Program-made: the position numbers and the translations under genes
Origin: an uncultured Verrucomicrobiae bacterium
GTDB taxonomy: Bacteria > Verrucomicrobiota > Verrucomicrobiia > Chthoniobacterales > JAATET01
DNA length: 64,000 nt
Direction: 5' to 3'
NCBI GenBank assembly: GCA_963719495.1
Contig: CAVRCI010000004.1
Span: 160,001-224,000 of the forward strand
Shown: positions 39,991 to 50,048 of the stretch, piece after piece
Layout of the letters: every line of letters starts with the position of its first letter
How positions within the stretch are numbered: position 1 is the stretch's first letter
Notes under the pieces: model-generated
What the model was told of the DNA's origin: nothing
Database searches by the model: none
Seen by the model: the letters and a program-made list of their open reading frames with translations, nothing else

Positions 39991-41117
39991 CTAATCAGCT
40001 GGTGGGCGGGCGGCTTCGTTGATGAGGCTCTGCCAAGCTGGGAAGCGGGAGGTCCCGGGGCCTCGGAGGTGATCGACGACGGACTGAAGATTGGGGTCGA
40101 GGAAGGTGGCCAATTCCATGAGCGGCAGGGCATGGGAGGGTTCGTAGAGACGGCCGGGGCGGCATTCTTCGAGTCCGGCGGCGGCGCGTTCGCGGTCGAG
40201 GGGCACCTGCGTGTTCACCCATTCGGCGTGAGTCCTCCGGCCCATGGCGTAGGGGACGAGGTAGTCGACGGAGCGCTGGATCGATGAGCCTTCCGGTGAT
40301 TCCCAGCGGTAAAATTCCTCGCCGGATTCACCGGACTCGCTGGCGAGCTGGACGATCGGCTCGAGTCCGCTGGCGCGATACGTGAGCGAGTCCCGCAACT
40401 CCAGGTCACGACTGCTGCCGTCGGCCCCCAGACGTCCCGCGACTTAGCGGCGCACGCCGGTGGTGACGGCGGCGTTCCAAGCCGGTTTGTCGAGGATGCG
40501 GGAGAAGACCGCGAGTAGCCGGACGTGTTTGGTGTAGCGGTTTGTGAAGCTGTCGGCATCATTCACTGATCGAAAGTGAAGAGCACCGAGCCGGGTGATC
40601 CAGTCGTCGATCCGGCGGCGGGTGGCATCTGCGAAGCTCGGGCGGAGGTGGAAGTAAGCGACAAAAACTGGCGTGAGCTTGTTCTCGTTTACGTCTTTGC
40701 CGTCGGGGTCGTAGATTTCGGCCCAGGCGGTGACGAGGCGGCGCAGTGCGGGACCGCTTTGGGATCCTCGGAAATTTGCCAGTAGCGGGTCAGCGCGGCA
40801 ACGTCGTCCATTTGCTCGAGCCGTCGGACGGAGGCGATGCGGCGGGGGTCGGTGTTGATGAGGCCTTCGTAATCGATGGTCGCGACGGGCGTGGGCTCGA
40901 CACCGAGGCGGGCGCCGCCGTCTTCTTGGGTCTCCGCGGCGATGTCCTTCGGGGCTGGATCAGTGCGGGCGATGGTCCGCAGCCTTTCGAGCTGTGCTGG
41001 GGCTAACGGGATGACGGGGCGGATATCGAATTCGCCCATTCCGTGACCAGCCGGGAGTGAAGCGATGAATTTGACTGCCATAGCCACCGCGAGCGCGATT
41101 GAAGTGAGACGACGCAT
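39991..41117 (-). pseudogene. degraded alginate-lyase-like secreted protein (several frameshifts)
   Basis: A signal-peptide N-terminus (MRRLTSIALAV...YEGLINTDPRR) and a C-terminal part (RDSLTY...SIQRSVDYLVPYA..THAEWVNT.VPLDRER) lie in separate broken frames. Family call is tentative. Confidence 0.55.
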
Positions 41118-41244
41118 GCGGGTCAGGAAAACACGAGGCCACGCTGATCGCAGTCGGAGGCTTCCGACCGACGGGAGCCGCGTGGCCAACCTCTCTCGAT
41201 CAGCGCTTGGAAGTGGGGCCTGCCCGGGAGAGAATTGGAGTGCT

Positions 41245-41562
41245 TTGAAACTTCTGTTTGTCTGTGCGCGCAACCAGCGACGAAGTCCGACGGCCGCGGC
41301 GATTTACCAGAATGATCCGAGGTTCGACGTTCGGTCGGGTGGCGTGGCTGAGCGCAGTCGGCGCCGCGTCTCGGTGGGTGATCTCTCGTGGGCGGACCTC
41401 GTGCTGGTGATGGAGCGGAAGCACCTCCGGAGATTGGAAGTGCTTCATCCGGACTCCGATTTCGACGTTCGGATTCTCGACATCCCGGACGAGTTTGAAT
41501 TCATGGACGCCGATCTGATCGATCTGCTCCGCGACGCGGTAGACCGAGTTCTAATCCGCTAA
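41245..41562 (+). CDS. low-molecular-weight protein-tyrosine-phosphatase-like protein
   Basis: LFVCARNQRRSPTA (CX5R), WADLVLVME, LDIPDEFEFMD. TTG start with GGAG upstream. Confidence 0.85.
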   Translation: MKLLFVCARNQRRSPTAAAIYQNDPRFDVRSGGVAERSRRRVSVGDLSWADLVLVMERKHLRRLEVLHPDSDFDVRILDIPDEFEFMDADLIDLLRDAVDRVLIR

Positions 41563-41901
41563 CTTGATCCGATTGAAGAGGGCCTGCTTCGACTGTCCCC
41601 GGGAGGGCAAGGAAACGCGTTTTGATGGATGGTTATTTTCGTGAAAGAGCAGTTTGAGGCGTGGGGTCGATCCCAAGGTCGAAGTGAAGACGCCTGGGGG
41701 CAACAAAGTGGTGTGGTAGAGAGCACCCGGGGAGTGAACTTGCAGGCTATCCGGCAGTTCGGGGCCGACAAAAACGCGGAAATTTCCCAATATGAATGAC
41801 CAACCCCTCAACGGAAAAAGGAGACGTTGCGCCCGCGGATTTGTCAGAAATGATCGACTGCCCCCTTTCGCTCACGCAACTCCCCGAGCTAACATCCCGA
41901 C

Positions 41902-42969
41902 GTGGAAAAGAATTTGGTATTAAATCGTCCCGAACCTCTAGATTTGAGGACTCAAGTCGTTCCGTTTACGAAGAGAAAGGGGGCGCAGACCGCCGTTGAT
42001 GATCTCATCGAGGGGCGTCGTGTTCTAATCCAAGACTTTTACAGCAGCGGACTCCTTGTCCTCAGCCAGCTTAGGAAGTCTGTCAATCATCACTATTCCG
42101 CTGAATCCTATCGGGGGCAGAGGGAAAATCGAGCTGCATTCCGAGAACTCTCAAACAGAATTCTGCTCCACGTGAAGGATAGTCAGTTGCTGGCCAGAAA
42201 AGCGCCCAAAATCGGATGGCTTAGTGAACTGTATCCTGACGTGAAAGAATTCTTTATTCCTCTTCCTCAGGTCCAAGGTCTGAACAGTTCCTGGCAATGG
42301 TTTCAAAAAGGAATTTCGATACCAACTCTCAAGGATAAGGTGTTTCCATATTACGGGACTTACTTCCCAACGCGTTTTGAGCATCTCCAGCTGCTCGAAG
42401 ACTGGCTTGAAAGCTACGCGGGTAGCAAGGAAATCGCGATCGACGTCGGAGTCGGTAGCGGGGTGATCACCCATCAGGTCCTCAACCACGGCTTCGAAAA
42501 GGTCCGTGCCACCGATATCAATCCAAATGCGATTTACGGCATGCAACAATCGCTGAAAGGAAAATGCCTCACGTCAAGAGTCGAGCTGGCCCTCGGAGAT
42601 TTATTTGCCAACTCCGAGCTTCAGGCGGATTTGATCGTGTTCAATCCTCCGTGGCTTCCGTTAGAGGAGGGCAATAAAGGCATCGATCAAGCGATGTATT
42701 ACGAGCCAGACATGTTTCCCCGATTTTTTGCAGAGGCGCCCAAGCACCTGAAACCGGGTGGCTGTCTCGTGCTATTGTTTTCAAACCTTGCTCAAATCAC
42801 TCGCCAGTCGAAAGCCAATCCAATCAACGAAGAAATCAAGCACGGCGGCCGCTTTCTCAAAGAGAACCTCGTGAGATCAAAAGTCCGGACTGGTTCAAAC
42901 AAAACCCGAAGGAATCAAAGCTGGCGTGGGGACGAGCTCGTGGAGTTATGGGTCTTGAAGCCCGCTTAG
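41902..42969 (+). CDS. class I SAM-dependent methyltransferase (MTS/PrmC-like)
   Basis: DVGVGSG, TDIN, DLIVFNPPWLP. Visibly lower GC than its neighbours. Confidence 0.85.
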   Translation: MEKNLVLNRPEPLDLRTQVVPFTKRKGAQTAVDDLIEGRRVLIQDFYSSGLLVLSQLRKSVNHHYSAESYRGQRENRAAFRELSNRILLHVKDSQLLARKAPKIGWLSELYPDVKEFFIPLPQVQGLNSSWQWFQKGISIPTLKDKVFPYYGTYFPTRFEHLQLLEDWLESYAGSKEIAIDVGVGSGVITHQVLNHGFEKVRATDINPNAIYGMQQSLKGKCLTSRVELALGDLFANSELQADLIVFNPPWLPLEEGNKGIDQAMYYEPDMFPRFFAEAPKHLKPGGCLVLLFSNLAQITRQSKANPINEEIKHGGRFLKENLVRSKVRTGSNKTRRNQSWRGDELVELWVLKPA

Positions 42970-43890
42970 TTTTCACTGGGATTTACCAATAGAAAATAGA
43001 CTCGGTCCATTGCAGAAGAGGATCAAGCGCGCCAATGCGGAGATTGAAACCATTCGACTGCAGTCCGAATCTCTGGTGGGTCAAATCTCGCATTGAATGA
43101 GGAAGCCGAGATGTAGGGGATGAACGGTGTTTAAACGGGTTACTCGAAAAAGTCTGTCCGTGCTAATTGACGCATTCCCGCGGCGGATCGGGAATTCGGT
43201 TTGGGCTCGATTGGGGAGTTTGCGGGTGCCCGGCATGATGCGATGGCGATCGGAAGAAGACGGGCGTCGCTTGTTCTGAAAGAGGGACGCGCCGTTGAAG
43301 CGTCCCTCTCCGTCGCTTCCATTTCTATGAGCGGTGGGATGTGAATCGCTGCCAAACGGCTAGGACAGATTTATCGGCGGACGGCAACCAGTGCGCTTGG
43401 TGGTGGTTGCTAACCCTACTTCGCGGACTGGAGGGGTTGAAAGGTTGCGGACCCGCTATTTTGCAGGACCGAGGTCGAAAGGTCGGCACTACAGGCGCTT
43501 TCGGAGCCCTCCCCCTTGTATTTATGCGGGTTCGACGCCTTCAAGGTGCCGAAAATAGCTGTTTTGGGCCTCCAGTCCGCGAAGTGGGGCTAGATGGTTG
43601 TTTTTTGCCGCGACCGATTTTCGTTCGCGTCGGCTTTTGGGGCGGGCGGCATATCGTTTGATTGGGAGCGGCTCGCTGGCGCATCGCCGGGTGCGCGGCT
43701 CCGGGACGGTGCCGCTCGCACGCCGGGAGGCGTGCGTTCCCCCGGAGGTGGTTTTTGGTGCCGGTTGGGGGTTGTTTGGGGTGGTTGATCGTTGGACGCC
43801 GAGGGGACCGGGCAGAATGCGCGGTCCAACCGGCAGGGATGCCTGTTCTCCCCTTGCGGAGCGGCGGTTGGGGTTCTACGTTTTTCGGCC

Positions 43891-44112
43891 ATGCCCACTT
43901 ACGTTTATGAGACGACCGACTCGAAGGCGGTTCGGCGTTTCGAGATCAAGCAGTCGATGCGGGAGGATGCGCTGCGGTTCGATCCGGATTCGGGGCGGCC
44001 GGTGCGGCGGGTGATTTCGGGTGGCTACGGCTACCTCGAGAAGGGGAGGAAGACGGAGGCTGGGGCGGCGACCGGTGGGAGTTGCGCGTCGGGTGGGTGT
44101 GGGTGTTGCTGA
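43891..44112 (+). CDS. FmdB-family regulatory (zinc-ribbon-like) protein
   Basis: MPTYVYE...FEIKQSM...PVRRVISGG, with a Cys-rich tail SCASGGCGCC. Confidence 0.8.
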   Translation: MPTYVYETTDSKAVRRFEIKQSMREDALRFDPDSGRPVRRVISGGYGYLEKGRKTEAGAATGGSCASGGCGCC

Positions 44113-44249
44113 GGCGGGGGAGGTTTTGCTGGCTCCTGCTCGTGATCGGAGACTAAATCCTGAGAATCCAGAGATCTTTCACTTCGTTCAAGATGACAGT
44201 CGGGGAGTGACAGTTGGGGAGGGGCGGACGCCCGGCGCGAAGTTCGAAC

Positions 44250-45467
44250 ATGACCAGTAATCGCTCCCGGTTGGGGATCATCTTTTTCACCATCTTTATC
44301 GACATGGTGGGGTTCGGCATCGTGATTCCGGTGCTGCCGCGTTACGCGGAGCATTTTGGCGCTACGGCGATTCAGAATGGTTTGCTGGTGGCGTCGTATT
44401 CGTTCGCGCAATTCTTCGCGGCGCCGGTGCTGGGCATGATCTCGGACCGGGTGGGGCGGAAGCCCGTGCTGTTCGTGAGCATTCTGGGGACATCGCTCGG
44501 GTTTCTGCTCATGGGGTTGGCGGGGGCGTTGTGGATGTTGTTCGTGGCGCGGCTGGTGGACGGGATCGCGGGGGGGAATATCGGAACGGCGCAGGCTTAC
44601 GTGGCGGACATCACGACGCCGGAGAAACGGGCGAAGGCGATGGGTCTCATCGGGGCGGCGTTCGGGCTCGGGTTCGTTTTCGGGCCGGCGATCGGGGGTT
44701 GGCTGAGCGCGGCGTATGGCTACGCGAGTCCGATGTATTTCGCGGCGGGATTGGCGCTGCTCAATGCGTTGCTGGTGCTGGCGATCCTGCCGGAGAGTCT
44801 GCCGAAGGAGAAACGGGGGGCGCGGAAGCGGGAGTCGATTTTTGCCGTGTTCGATCACGCGGATCGGCGGGTGTATTCGCTGGTGACGGCGACGTATTTT
44901 TTCCTGATCACGGGGTTTTCGATGATGACTTTCGTCTTCGCGTTGTTCCTTTGGCACAAGTTCGGGATGGACGAGCTGCACACGGGAAACATTCTCGGGA
45001 TGGTGGGCATCATCGGCGTGATCATTCAGGGTGGGCTGATCGGGCGGCTGGTGAAGCGGTTTGGTGAGGCGCGGCTGACGACTTTTGGGTCTTCGGTGCT
45101 GTGCGCGAGTCTGTTCGCGTTGCCGTTTGCGACGGGGTTGGGGACGTTGTTGGTTTTCAGCGCGGGCATCGCGGTGGGGAACAGTCTGCTCATGCCGGCG
45201 CTCACGAGCATCGCGTCGCGGAGCGTGGACGCGGAGTGGCAGGGCCGGGGGTTGGGGTTGGTGCAATCGGCGGGGAGCGCGGCGCGGTGGGTGGGGCCGG
45301 CGATCGCGGGGTTGTTGCTGAGTCTGGACGTGGGGCGAGGGAAGGAATTCTACGCGCAGACGCCGCTGTGGACCGGCGCGGCGCTGGTCGGGGTGGGCAT
45401 TTTTCTCACGCTGGCGCTGCCGCGGCGGATGGCTGCCGATGCCGTCGGTGGCGAGGCGGCGGCGTAG
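44250..45467 (+). CDS. MFS transporter, TetA/DHA1-like
   Basis: IDMVGFGIVIPVLP, GMISDRVGRKPVL, AYVADIT, GFVFGPAIGG. Confidence 0.92.
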   Translation: MTSNRSRLGIIFFTIFIDMVGFGIVIPVLPRYAEHFGATAIQNGLLVASYSFAQFFAAPVLGMISDRVGRKPVLFVSILGTSLGFLLMGLAGALWMLFVARLVDGIAGGNIGTAQAYVADITTPEKRAKAMGLIGAAFGLGFVFGPAIGGWLSAAYGYASPMYFAAGLALLNALLVLAILPESLPKEKRGARKRESIFAVFDHADRRVYSLVTATYFFLITGFSMMTFVFALFLWHKFGMDELHTGNILGMVGIIGVIIQGGLIGRLVKRFGEARLTTFGSSVLCASLFALPFATGLGTLLVFSAGIAVGNSLLMPALTSIASRSVDAEWQGRGLGLVQSAGSAARWVGPAIAGLLLSLDVGRGKEFYAQTPLWTGAALVGVGIFLTLALPRRMAADAVGGEAAA

Positions 45468-45576
45468 GGGCAACGCTTTCCAATTTCCGGGCTTGGTCAT
45501 GAGCGGATCGCCGCGGGCCGGGTGGAAGTTGGATTTTGAGATTGCCGGAGTTGCATGAAAAATCGATAAGGGTTGC

Positions 45577-46854
45577 ATGAGAGGTAACTTCTGTTGGGCG
45601 GTGGTATTGTTGGTCGGGTCGATTGGCTGGGGGCGGACGCAGGAGTTTCCAGTGACAAATTTGCAGCCCTACCTTGTGATCAATCAGGTGATCGTGACCG
45701 ATGGCAGCCGAGCCGGGGAGATCGTTGGTTTCGCGGGTGATTTTGCGCCATCGGGAAGTTTGATCGCGGACGGGAGCGTGCTGGCGATCGCGGACAATTC
45801 GGCGCTGTTCAACGCGATCGGGGCGACCTACGGCGGCGACGGCGTAACGACGTTTGCGCTGCCGGATCTGCGGGGCCGCGCGATCACGGGGGCCGGGACC
45901 GGCGCGGACGGGGTCGTCCGGCAGCTCGGGTCGGCATTTGGGTCAGCGACCTATACGGTGGGGACGGGAAATCTCCCGGTCTCGCAGGGTGGCTCGGCGG
46001 CGCCAATCGCCAACGCGAGTCCGACGCTTGCCCTCACCAACGGAATTTACCGGACGGGGTTCTTCCCCATCCAGGGAAGCGGAGGGGGCGGCGCGCCGAA
46101 CCCGACCATCGGGCAGATCGTGACGACGGCTCGCGCGGATCTGCCGTCGGGTGCGCTGTCGACCGATGGGTCGCTGCTCCCGGTGGCTGGGAACGAAACG
46201 TTCTCCGCCGTCTTGGGCACGGCGTTCGGCGGTGACGGCGTGACGGATTTTGCCATCCCGGACCTACGCGGGGGCTCCGTGCTGGGCGCGGTCGGAGGGG
46301 GCGCGGTGGGAACCACGCTCGGGTCGGGGGAGATTGTCCTCACGTTGGAAAATTTGCCGCCGGGCCGGGGCGGGAGCGGCGTGCCGGTCAGTAACGTCGC
46401 GCCGGGCTTGAACCTTTTTTACGGCATCGCGGTGGGCGGACTCTACCCAACGCGCGATGGGGCATCGCTCTTCGAGGGCGACGATGCGATTCTCGGTCAG
46501 ATTTCGTTGTTTGCGGGCCAATACGTGCCGCGCGGATTCGTGGTGGCCGACGGGGCAAGTCTGCTGATCCAGGAGAAAACCGCGCTCTATTCGGTGATTC
46601 AGGGGATTTACGGCGGCGACGACGTGACCGAATTCAACGTGCCGAATCTCGCGAACCGGCAGGCGGTGGGCACGGGGATGCCGGACATTGGACTGCTCGG
46701 CGAATCGTTCGGAGAGAGCGTCGTGGAACTGATGGACATTCAAGTGCCGGTCGCGCCCGTGCCGGAACCCGGGGCGTTCGGCTGGCTGGTGGTCGCGGCT
46801 CTCGGGGCGGTGGTCGGGGCCCGCCGGGCGGCGTCGCGGCGGCGGGCGGGCTGA
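45577..46854 (+). CDS. secreted protein with three phage tail-collar-like repeats and a PEP-CTERM sorting domain
   Basis: Signal peptide; three copies of G(E/Q)I...DG..L....(L/F)..IG..YGGDGVT.F.(L/I/V)P(D/N)L; C-terminal VPEP-TM-RR. Confidence 0.85.
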   Translation: MRGNFCWAVVLLVGSIGWGRTQEFPVTNLQPYLVINQVIVTDGSRAGEIVGFAGDFAPSGSLIADGSVLAIADNSALFNAIGATYGGDGVTTFALPDLRGRAITGAGTGADGVVRQLGSAFGSATYTVGTGNLPVSQGGSAAPIANASPTLALTNGIYRTGFFPIQGSGGGGAPNPTIGQIVTTARADLPSGALSTDGSLLPVAGNETFSAVLGTAFGGDGVTDFAIPDLRGGSVLGAVGGGAVGTTLGSGEIVLTLENLPPGRGGSGVPVSNVAPGLNLFYGIAVGGLYPTRDGASLFEGDDAILGQISLFAGQYVPRGFVVADGASLLIQEKTALYSVIQGIYGGDDVTEFNVPNLANRQAVGTGMPDIGLLGESFGESVVELMDIQVPVAPVPEPGAFGWLVVAALGAVVGARRAASRRRAG

Positions 46855-47034
46855 GGGTGAGATTGAAAGTGCGTCCGAGGCTGAGCCCAAAGGTGCGAGT
46901 GAGATTGGGATCAACGAGCCAGCCCGCGTCGAGCCGCGGGTAAAGCCACCTCGGAAGAGCCCGGGCCTTACTGCTGGCGAGCCGGAGCTTGCCCGTCGGA
47001 AGGCCGCGGATCCGCGGGTGCCCGGACGGGGAGT

Positions 47035-47098
47035 GGCGAGCGAGCGAACGAACGAACGAACGATTGAACGAACGAACGAATGATTGAATGAATGAATC
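47035..47098. repeat. tetranucleotide microsatellite (GAGC/GAAC/GAAT)n
   Basis: GCGAGCGAGCGAACGAACGAACGAACGATTGAACGAACGAACGAATGATTGAATGAATGAAT. Confidence 0.9.
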
Positions 47099-47103
47099 CG
47101 CTC

Positions 47104-47137
47104 CCGATAAAACGTAACGGCCGTTACGTTTTATCGG
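47104..47137. repeat. perfect 34-bp palindrome, copy 2
   Basis: CCGATAAAACGTAACGGCCGTTACGTTTTATCGG. Confidence 0.95.
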
Positions 47138-47398
47138 TCGACTCCGCGGGAATTTGGGGGGGCGTCTGGATGAGGCGGGAGACCCGATGCTGCGAGGCCT
47201 TGGACCGTGGCGATCTCCCACGGACTCGTCGCCAGCCTCCTGGCGTCCCCCCAGTCAGACGTTATTGGCGTTCACGAGATTCTTCTTCCGATCAGGACGC
47301 GCTTTCAATCACACCCGCGGGCTGAGATCCCGCGCTTTTCGGCGCTTTTCGGATTGCTTCGGGATTGGCGCGCTCTAGGGTCTGCCGGGCTGTTCGTC

Positions 47399-48355
47399 AT
47401 GTATCATTCCAGGCCCGAGATCAAGATATTCACCGGAAGTGCGCACCGGGAGCTTGCGCAGAATATCTGCGACTATCTCGGGGTGCCCTTGGGTGACGCG
47501 ACGGTTACGTCGTTTCCCGACGGCGAGACGTTCGTCAAAATCAACGAGAACATCCGCGGGCGTGACATCTTCATCGTCCAGCCGACGTGTCCGCCGACGA
47601 ATCAGAACTTGATGGAACTGTTGATCCTCGTGGATGCGGCGAGGCGCGCGAGTGCGGAGCGGATCACGGCCGTGCTGCCGTTCTTCGGCTACGCTCGGCA
47701 GGATCGGAAGGACCAACCGCGAGTGCCGATCACGGCGAAGTTGGTGGCGAATCTGCTCGTTGCGGCGGGCGTGAACCGCGTGCTGACGATGGATTTGCAC
47801 GCGCAGCAGCTCCAGGGATTTTTCGACATCCCGGTGGATCACCTGCACGCGCTGCCGGTGCTGGAGAGGTATCTTTCCGGGAAGAACTTCACGAACCTCG
47901 CGGTCGTGTCGCCGGACGTCGGTGGCGTGAAGATGGGTGCGGCTTACGCGCAGGCGCTCGGTGCTTCGCTGGCAATCGTTGTGAAGCGGCGGGTTTCGGC
48001 GACCGAGACCGAGGCTCTGCACGTGATCGGCGACGTCGAGGGGAAGACGATTCTCATCGTCGACGATCTCACCGAGACGGCCGGGACGATCACCGGGGCG
48101 GCGCGGATTTTGCGCGAGCGGGGAGCCGGCGAGATTTATGCTGGCATTTCCCACGCCGTGTTGACAGAACTGGCCGTTGAGCGATTGAAAGGCTCCGAAA
48201 TCAAGGAGCTGATCACGACTGACAGCACTCCGGTCCACCCGGGGGCGGGAGGTCGCGTGAAGGTGCTGTCCGTCTCGGAACTTCTGGGCGAGGGCATCAG
48301 CCGGATTCACAACGATGAGTCGGTGACCTCGCTCTTCAAGCTCAAGAATAAGTAA
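47399..48355 (+). CDS. prs: ribose-phosphate pyrophosphokinase
   Basis: FPDGE, YARQDRK, DLHAQQLQGFF, VSPDVGG, IVDDLTETAGT. Confidence 0.97.
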   Translation: MYHSRPEIKIFTGSAHRELAQNICDYLGVPLGDATVTSFPDGETFVKINENIRGRDIFIVQPTCPPTNQNLMELLILVDAARRASAERITAVLPFFGYARQDRKDQPRVPITAKLVANLLVAAGVNRVLTMDLHAQQLQGFFDIPVDHLHALPVLERYLSGKNFTNLAVVSPDVGGVKMGAAYAQALGASLAIVVKRRVSATETEALHVIGDVEGKTILIVDDLTETAGTITGAARILRERGAGEIYAGISHAVLTELAVERLKGSEIKELITTDSTPVHPGAGGRVKVLSVSELLGEGISRIHNDESVTSLFKLKNK

Positions 48356-48372
48356 TCCCATCCTCTGATATC

Positions 48373-49065
48373 ATGTCCAAGCAAGTGAAACTGAACGCGG
48401 TCCCCCGCGCCGAATCCGGCCGCAACGCCGTCAAGAAAGTCCGCGCCCGCGGTGGAATTCCCGCGATCCTCTACGGAGGCGGAGCGACGCCGGCCAATCT
48501 CGAAGTCGATCGGAAGTCCGTCGAGCGGCTCCTCGCCCACGCGTCCAGCGAGCACGTCCTCGTGGACCTCGAGATCGGCGGCGACGATGCCCGGAATCAG
48601 CTCACGATCATTCAGGAAGTGCAGCATCACCCGGTGCGGCGTGAGATTTTGCACCTCGATCTCCTGGCCGTTTCCCGAACCGAGAAGATCACGTCCGAAG
48701 TGCCGATCGAGCCACAGGGCGACGCGGTTGGCGTGAAGCAGGGTGGCGGTGTCCTGCAGCAGCTCACCCAGGCGTTGAACGTCGAGTGTTTCCCACAGGA
48801 TTTGCCGGACGTCATCCACTACGACGTGACGGAACTCGCGATTGGCGTGCCGGTGCACGTGAGTGACCTCAAACTCCCGGAGAACGTCGTGGCGATGGCC
48901 GAGCCGGACCAGACGATTTTCCTCATCGCCGAGCCGAAGATCGCGGAGGAAGACGAAGGGAGCGCCACGACGGCCCCCGAGCTCGTCGGCGCGAAGAAGG
49001 CCGAAGACGCCGAAGGCGAAGCCGAATCCGAGGGCGAAGCCAAGTCCGAGGACGCGGAAGCCTAA
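48373..49065 (+). CDS. rplY: 50S ribosomal protein L25/Ctc
   Basis: GIPAILYG, EVQHHPV...HLDL, GVKQGG. Follows prs. Confidence 0.95.
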   Translation: MSKQVKLNAVPRAESGRNAVKKVRARGGIPAILYGGGATPANLEVDRKSVERLLAHASSEHVLVDLEIGGDDARNQLTIIQEVQHHPVRREILHLDLLAVSRTEKITSEVPIEPQGDAVGVKQGGGVLQQLTQALNVECFPQDLPDVIHYDVTELAIGVPVHVSDLKLPENVVAMAEPDQTIFLIAEPKIAEEDEGSATTAPELVGAKKAEDAEGEAESEGEAKSEDAEA

Positions 49066-49119
49066 GCTTCCGAGTCCGGGTGTCCGATGGATCCGCCCCC
49101 CACGCCGACGAGCGGCGGC

Positions 49120-49692
49120 ATGTCGTGTCGGCTCGTCGCGGGTCTGGGCAATCCCGGACGGCGCTACGAGGGGACGCGGCACAACGTCGGATTCCTCGTT
49201 GCGGACGAACTGGCCCGACGGGCCGGATCGACCTTCCAACACGAATCCAAATGGACCGCCGACACCGCCCCCGGGCCGAACGATGCGCTGCTCATGAAAC
49301 CGCGAACGTTCATGAACCTGAGCGGGGAATCGGTCGGTGGATACTCGCGATTCTTCAAATTGGAGCCGGCCCAGACGCTGGTCGTGATCGACGACGTGGC
49401 GTTGCCGCTCGGCAAATTGCGATTGCGCAAATCGGGGAGTCCCGGTGGCCACAACGGATTGGAGTCCGTGCTCGAGCACCTCGGGACTCCCGAGGTGCCG
49501 CGTCTGCGCGTGGGAATCGGCGGATCGGATGCGACGGCTTTGCACGGACACGTGCTCGGGAAATTTACGGCCGCCGAGCGGGCGGACGTCGACGAAGCGA
49601 TCGTGCGGGCGGCTGATGCCGTGACGTGCATTTGCGAACGCGGATTCGAAGCCGCGATGAATCTTTACAATCGAGAACCCATCACCAACTGA
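49120..49692 (+). CDS. pth: peptidyl-tRNA hydrolase
   Basis: GLGNPG..Y.GTRHNVGF, KPRTFMNLSG, GGHNGL, RLRVGIG. Confidence 0.96.
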   Translation: MSCRLVAGLGNPGRRYEGTRHNVGFLVADELARRAGSTFQHESKWTADTAPGPNDALLMKPRTFMNLSGESVGGYSRFFKLEPAQTLVVIDDVALPLGKLRLRKSGSPGGHNGLESVLEHLGTPEVPRLRVGIGGSDATALHGHVLGKFTAAERADVDEAIVRAADAVTCICERGFEAAMNLYNREPITN

Positions 49693-49701
49693 CCTAATAC
49701 C

Positions 49702-50007
49702 ATGAAAAAACAATACGAAGCCCTGTTCGCGCTCGACACGCGCGGCAAAGAAGAAAGCGCCAAGGAAATCATCGAACGCATCGAGAAGGATCTCGCCGCG
49801 GGCGGAGCGAGCGTCGAGCAGACGCAGCGTCTGGAAAAGCGCGAGCTCGCCTACGAGCACAATCATCTCAAGCAAGCTTATTACGTGAACTTCGTGATCG
49901 AAACCGAGCCGTCGAACATCGTGAAACTGAAAGAAAAGTTTAAGCTCGACGCCGACGTGATGCTCCAGAACTACTTGGTGGTCCCGGCGGCCAAGGCGGC
50001 TGCGTAA
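49702..50007 (+). CDS. rpsF: 30S ribosomal protein S6
   Basis: KQYEALF...KRELAY...AYYVNF. Directly upstream of ssb. Confidence 0.9.
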   Translation: MKKQYEALFALDTRGKEESAKEIIERIEKDLAAGGASVEQTQRLEKRELAYEHNHLKQAYYVNFVIETEPSNIVKLKEKFKLDADVMLQNYLVVPAAKAAA

Positions 50008-50048
50008 TTCGCCTCACGCGCGACCACCTCAACCCACCTTCCAGCACC

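Noticed and set aside
41559..41811. Short minus-strand ORFs between the phosphatase and the methyltransferase
   Set aside because: No recognisable motif or RBS; cannot be supported as genes.
44170..44198. GAGATCTTTCACTTCGTTCAAGATGACA, resembling half of a small palindromic repeat element
   Set aside because: Single degenerate copy with no partner arm in the window.
45577..46854. Prophage tail gene
   Set aside because: It has a signal peptide and PEP-CTERM, and no other phage genes are nearby.
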